Shown here: piece by piece, positions 60,399 to 64,000 of the stretch | Numbering within the stretch: position 1 is the first letter of the stretch | How the letters are laid out: the number at the start of each line of letters is the position of its first letter | From: Candidatus Aenigmatarchaeota archaeon | GTDB taxonomy: Archaea > Aenigmatarchaeota > Aenigmatarchaeia > Aenigmatarchaeales > Aenigmatarchaeaceae | Assembly (NCBI GenBank): GCA_016933455.1 | Contig: JAFGAZ010000015.1 | Coordinates: forward strand, 11,583-75,582 | Direction: 5' to 3' | DNA: 64,000 nucleotides | Notes under the pieces: model-generated | The model's input: the letters and a program-made list of their open reading frames with translations, nothing else | What the model was told of the DNA's origin: nothing | The model's database searches: none | Made by a program: the position numbers and the translations under genes

Positions 60399-60836
60399 AT
60401 GCCTAAAGCAAAGAAAAGGGCCGGCAAAAAAAGCAGGAAAGTTGCAAAAAGGACAAGAAGCAAAAGCGTAAAGAAAGCAAAGAAATCCTCTCCTAGATGT
60501 ATCAATGAGAGAATGCTTTTCGCAATATCTTCCATTCTCATACTTTCAGCTGTTATACTTTCCGTTCCTTCACAAGACATGGAAAGTATTTTTGAAGAAC
60601 AAGAGCAACAAGCAGATCAAATATCTGAGATTAAAGTTCTCTACTCATGCGAAAGCAATCTAGAGTGCTTCCTTGTTGGTTGCAAAAGTTCAGGCACGCC
60701 GTCGTTTATGGAGTGTGTGAATACCATGACGCAGGAAACATATTATGATAATTGCGAGGGTTACTGGGATGTTAGGGTCATCCAGGACTTTGCAAGATGT
60801 GCATGCGTGCAAGGCCTTTGTGAATTGGTGGAATAG
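60399..60836 (+). CDS. type II membrane protein: 35-aa K/R-rich N-tail, one TM segment, Cys-rich ectodomain (145 aa)
   Basis: The N-tail is MPKAKKRAGKKSRKVAKRTRSKSVKKAKK, followed by the TM segment LFAISSILILSAVILSV. There are 8 Cys in the C-terminal 70 aa. It lies divergent from the pilin-like gene across a 34-bp spacer. Confidence 0.5.
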   Translation: MPKAKKRAGKKSRKVAKRTRSKSVKKAKKSSPRCINERMLFAISSILILSAVILSVPSQDMESIFEEQEQQADQISEIKVLYSCESNLECFLVGCKSSGTPSFMECVNTMTQETYYDNCEGYWDVRVIQDFARCACVQGLCELVE

Positions 60837-60853
60837 TTAAGAGAAATGATATT

Positions 60854-62071
60854 ATGAAAAAGAAAGTTCTATTCGTTATATTAGACGGTGCTTCAGACTT
60901 GGGGGAAAAGACCCCTTTTTCAGAGGCAAGCAAACCCAATTTGGACATGCTGGCAAAGAACGGTGTTGCGGGCCTTGTCGAGAACAGATACGGTAAGCAC
61001 CCTGATTCTGGAATATCGAATTTCGTTTTATTGGGATGCTCCGAGCAAGAGTATCCGGGAAGAGGATACCTTGAAGCCCAGGGCGCAAATCTTAGAATCA
61101 CTCCTGATAGCGTTTATGTTAGGGCCAACTTTGCAACTGTAAAGGAAGTTGTTGAGGACGAGCTAAAGACAGGCACTTTCGAACCGCAGTTGGTAATTAC
61201 GGACAGAAGAGCTGGAAGGGATACAACAGGGCTTTTCGATATGTCAAAAGCCATACGCGAGTTTTTCATCGACGGTGTTAGGATGGACTTTTACAAGTCC
61301 TTGGCGCACAGGGGAGTCCTTGCCCTGAACTCGATAAACCTTTCCCCTAATGTTAGCGACTCTGATCCTAACGAGAAAGGCGGAAGGGTAAGAAGAGTTA
61401 TTGCCACAAACAATGACAGCAAGGCTGTAAAGACCGCTGCTGCTTTGAACAAGTTCTCTGACGAGGTGTACAAAATCCTAAAGGACCATCCCTCAAACAA
61501 GTACAGGCAGGTTCCTGCCAACTACATTCTGCTAAGGGGCGCAAGCCAGTACCAGTACATAAAGAGTTTCAAGGAAAGATTCGGCCTTAGCGCTGCTTGC
61601 GTTGCAGCTTCTCCTGTGATAAACGGCATAGCAAGGTCCTTGGACATGGAAGTTGTTAAATTTTCAGGGGGAACAGGAGACCTTAAGACAAACCTTACCG
61701 AGAAAGTGCTAAAGGCCATTGATGCTTTGAAAAGCCACGACTTTGTGGTGTTGCACATACTAGGAACTGATGTTGCTTCGCATGACAAGAGTTTCAATCT
61801 CAAGAGATTTTTCATAGAAAAAATAGACAGGGATGTTTTTAGCAGAATAATAGAATATATTGACTTTGAAAAAGTGATGGTGGCTGTGACATCCGACCAT
61901 ATAACTTCTGTAAACGACGGGGAGCACAAGCCTGGTTTTGTGCCGTTCACCATATACACAAAGGGAATTGAGGCAAACGAAGTTTCGAAGCACGACGAGA
62001 AGAGCTGCAAGTTGGGACCTGTTATCAAGATGGAAGACTTTATGGAAGAACTGATGCGATTCATTGCCTGA
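60854..62071 (+). CDS. apgM: cofactor-independent phosphoglycerate mutase, archaeal type (ApgM)
   Basis: Has VLFVILDGASD at the N-terminus and SDH...GEH metal-site motifs of the alkaline-phosphatase superfamily. Length is 405 aa. Confidence 0.88.
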   Translation: MKKKVLFVILDGASDLGEKTPFSEASKPNLDMLAKNGVAGLVENRYGKHPDSGISNFVLLGCSEQEYPGRGYLEAQGANLRITPDSVYVRANFATVKEVVEDELKTGTFEPQLVITDRRAGRDTTGLFDMSKAIREFFIDGVRMDFYKSLAHRGVLALNSINLSPNVSDSDPNEKGGRVRRVIATNNDSKAVKTAAALNKFSDEVYKILKDHPSNKYRQVPANYILLRGASQYQYIKSFKERFGLSAACVAASPVINGIARSLDMEVVKFSGGTGDLKTNLTEKVLKAIDALKSHDFVVLHILGTDVASHDKSFNLKRFFIEKIDRDVFSRIIEYIDFEKVMVAVTSDHITSVNDGEHKPGFVPFTIYTKGIEANEVSKHDEKSCKLGPVIKMEDFMEELMRFIA

Positions 62072-62097
62072 AAAAATAAAAGAAAAAGCGAATGTTT

Positions 62098-62736
62098 TTA
62101 GCACTCGCCTTCTTGCCAATATTCTATTTTGTTGCTGCAAGCCATGCAGGCGTTTCCATATGTTTCCGAAGTTCTGTCTGACATAAAGCCGCAAACAGGC
62201 ATATATTCCATTGTGCAAATTTCTGCTTGCTTTTCCTCTTCTGTGCAAAATACAGAGCTTTGTGTAACTTCCCAGTTTTCAATCATAACTTCCATTCTTC
62301 TATCTCCTGCATTCAGATTCAAAATCATCTGAACTTCAAAGCAACCATCACATTCTAAACTCGAGACATTTGTTATTGTGGAACCTTTCAATGGCTCGAT
62401 AAAATCTACTGCCAAAGAAGCTGCCATTTTCTGGTCATCGTCTAGTTCCCATTCTCTAATGCAAGAGCCCACGCTTTCGTTCCAGGAATAGCCTGCAGGT
62501 CCTAGGCATCCATTTTCGTCTCTTTCCCCGCCTATTGGTTCATCCAAAACCTCGACAAAGTGCTTTCCATCCGGGGTGTTGCACTGCCTGGGATAGCTTT
62601 CCAATGCCGGATAGCCCGCGGCAATGCAGTCCTCAAAGCTGTCAATCTCCGATTCAGCAACGCACCCTGATAGCATTACTATCGGGACGACCAAAGCGGC
62701 CAAAATTAAAAGTTTGCCTTTCATAATATAGAACAT
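62098..62736 (-). CDS. putative lipoprotein with C-terminal Kazal-like domain
   Basis: The signal peptide ends in the lipobox-like LSGC. The C-terminus CTEEEKQAEICTMEYMPVCGFMSDRTSETYGNACMACSNKIEYWQEGEC has Kazal-type spacing (C..C-x7-C...Y-x3-C-x2-C...C). Confidence 0.55.
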   Translation of the reverse strand: MFYIMKGKLLILAALVVPIVMLSGCVAESEIDSFEDCIAAGYPALESYPRQCNTPDGKHFVEVLDEPIGGERDENGCLGPAGYSWNESVGSCIREWELDDDQKMAASLAVDFIEPLKGSTITNVSSLECDGCFEVQMILNLNAGDRRMEVMIENWEVTQSSVFCTEEEKQAEICTMEYMPVCGFMSDRTSETYGNACMACSNKIEYWQEGEC

Positions 62737-62803
62737 GTCAAAGCTTGCCCTTAAAACCAGTTTATTTTGTTAGGTTTTTGCCGAAATGACATCATGGATA
62801 ACG

Positions 62804-62811
62804 TTTAAATA
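62804..62811 (+). promoter_or_regulatory. TATA-box candidate TTTAAATA (within acgTTTAAATac), possible 23S rRNA promoter
   Basis: This is the only strong TATA-like element between the upstream gene and the 23S 5' end. It would give a ~360-nt leader. Confidence 0.3.
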
Positions 62812-63197
62812 CTTTTTGAAATTAATAACTTCTTACGTGATAACATGTCAACTTCAATGTAATCATTGGAATCATTGCTGATTAGGCGACTAGATGAGGC
62901 TTCTTCTGACATTAACGTTATCCGTTTCAACCATACCATCAGGCTTGGTTGCTGTCGAGTGAATTATAACAGCTAAGTTTGAGCCCGAAAAGGGCTATGA
63001 AAAACCCCGTGGTATATGACGGCAGAAAAACGATAAGATGCTCATTGCGAATTGTTTCGCGGTGTAAGGGTTGAGGACTATGAATGTTTTCGAACACCTG
63101 TTGATGCCTACTTCGGGCAGATGAGAACAAGACGGTAAAACGAGTCCATAAGATCAATCATGATCAATGATACCGGCAGAGGTAGAAGGTAGGGTCT

Positions 63198-64000
63198 GAG
63201 CATATTCAAACCACCAGGTGGATAGCTCAGCTCTCGAGAGCGACGAAGATCCTAGCAAGCTGGGATAAGCTCGGGGTAGGCGCAAGCGGCCTTTGAACCC
63301 GAGATAGTCGAATGCGACATCGCACTGACTTTGGTCAGTAGTCCGAAAGGGCGGCGAACCCGCTGAATTGAAGCATCTAAGTAAGCGGAGGAAGAGAAAG
63401 CAATTGCGATTCCGTTATTAACGGCGAGCGAAAACGGAACAGAGCGAACCGAATTGCTGCAGAAATGCAGTTAAGATGTGGTACCCGGCAAAGCTTAGTT
63501 AGTCGACTTAAAGTCGCCTGGAAAGGCGCGCCATAGACTGTGATAGCCAGGTAGAGGAAGACTAAAAAGCTGATTCGGGAATTGACTACCATTCCTTGGA
63601 TATGGAGTGGGAAGGTGGCTGGCATCAACAGCCAACTCTAAACATCTCGAGAGTCTGATAGTGAAAAAGTAAGGTAACTGAAAGCTGAAAAGTATTCTTA
63701 ACAGAAGGTGAAAAGACCTTGAAACCTGTTGGTGATAGTTATCCATGGCCTGAAAGGTGTCCTTGCGAAGGAAAGACGAGTGATCGTCACATACGAGCAG
63801 GGGCTTACAGGGTCATGGAGTCCGTTTAGAAACACGGAGCGGGGAGTTTGTTTCTGTGGCGAGCATAAGTGCTTACGGCACGTATGCAAAGCGAAAGCGA
63901 AAAGTGCGTAGCGCAAGCATGGCACGGGGTCTGAAAGGGCCTAAAGTCACAGGGACAAGACCAGAAAGCACTTGATCTAACCCCAATCAGGATGAAGCGT
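63198..64000 (+). rRNA. rrl: 23S (LSU) rRNA, 5' ~800 nt, continues beyond the window; the 5' end is approximate
   Basis: Three stretches match conserved domain-I sequence: GGTGGATAGCTCAGCTC...CGACGAAG...GATAAGCTCGGGGTAGG, then GAATTGAAGCATCTAAGTAAGCGGAGGAAGAGAAA...TTAACGGCGAGCGAAAACGG, then CCTGGAAAGGCGCGCCATAGACTGTGATAGCC. All ORF-track ORFs here are spurious. Confidence 0.9.

Noticed and set aside
62796-62923. 10-bp inverted repeat, GGATAACGTT at 62796-62805 and AACGTTATCC at 62914-62923, in the rRNA upstream region
   Set aside because: At this spacing, roughly ten such pairs are expected by chance in 64 kb. One arm overlaps the putative TATA box, so it is unlikely to be a transcribed processing stem.
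63217-63240. The tRNA-like string GGTGGATAGCTCAGCTC, which resembles a D-arm
   Set aside because: It is the conserved 5' helix region of 23S rRNA (GGUGGAU.GCUCGGCUC...GAAG). No acceptor or T-arm can be formed around it.
62939-63925. ORF-track ORFs 62939-63157, 63377-63628, 63495-63746, 63698-63925 and 63729-63911
   Set aside because: They fall in the rRNA leader or inside the 23S rRNA gene. The rRNA identity is supported by multiple conserved motifs.
1-64000. Search for CRISPR arrays, transposases or integrases, IS inverted repeats, tRNA genes, RNase P RNA or SRP RNA, inteins and recoding signals
   Set aside because: No regularly spaced direct repeats were seen, and no DDE or tyrosine-recombinase motifs. 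No GGTTCGAATCC-type T-arms were seen outside coding sequence. This was an eye-scan only, so small ncRNAs such as C/D box sRNAs could have been missed.

Overview
All calls below come from reading the sequence and ORF track and from remembered family motifs. No BLAST, HMM, structure or statistics were run, so function calls are hypotheses and novelty cannot be judged here.

This is an AT-rich archaeal chromosomal segment. It looks like a small-genome, DPANN-like lineage, but that placement is an inference.

Housekeeping content:
- Ribosomal proteins S27ae and L15e, Kae1, aCPSF1/FttA, proteasome beta subunit, ProRS, MetRS and a SepF-like protein.
- An mre11-orf-rad50-phosphoesterase cluster.
- The complete archaeal exosome superoperon on the minus strand, 28098 down to 22357: Rpp30, Pop5, PsmA, SBDS, Rrp4, Rrp41, Rrp42, L37ae, RpoP, Pcc1 and prefoldin beta. 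The 44-aa RpoP ORF is absent from the supplied ORF track.
- An Nre-family protein, two TGS-domain NTPases, GatD, a SemiSWEET, AMP phosphorylase and ApgM.
- The 5' ~800 nt of a 23S rRNA with no 16S or tRNA upstream.

Accessory content:
- About 24 kb (~38% of the window, summed from coordinates) encodes exported or surface proteins.
- 14598-20594 is a 1998-aa mosaic adhesin-like protein. It combines a beta-helix, TSP3 repeats, a fibrinogen-like signature, an FG-GAP propeller and MopE-like Cys repeats.
- 32325-49939 is a 17.6-kb surface island. It holds two small DNA-binding proteins, a 1557-aa HYR-like repeat protein, and a 1052-aa protein with six tandem disintegrin-loop-like repeats. It also holds a processive GT2 paired with a deacetylase-like gene, and five orphan secreted proteins.
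- 57908-60364 is an 818-aa protein with an archaeal type IV pilin-like signal peptide followed by LamG domains.
- 62098-62736 is a lipobox protein with a Kazal-like C-terminus.

No CRISPR array, transposase, integrase or tRNA gene was recognised.
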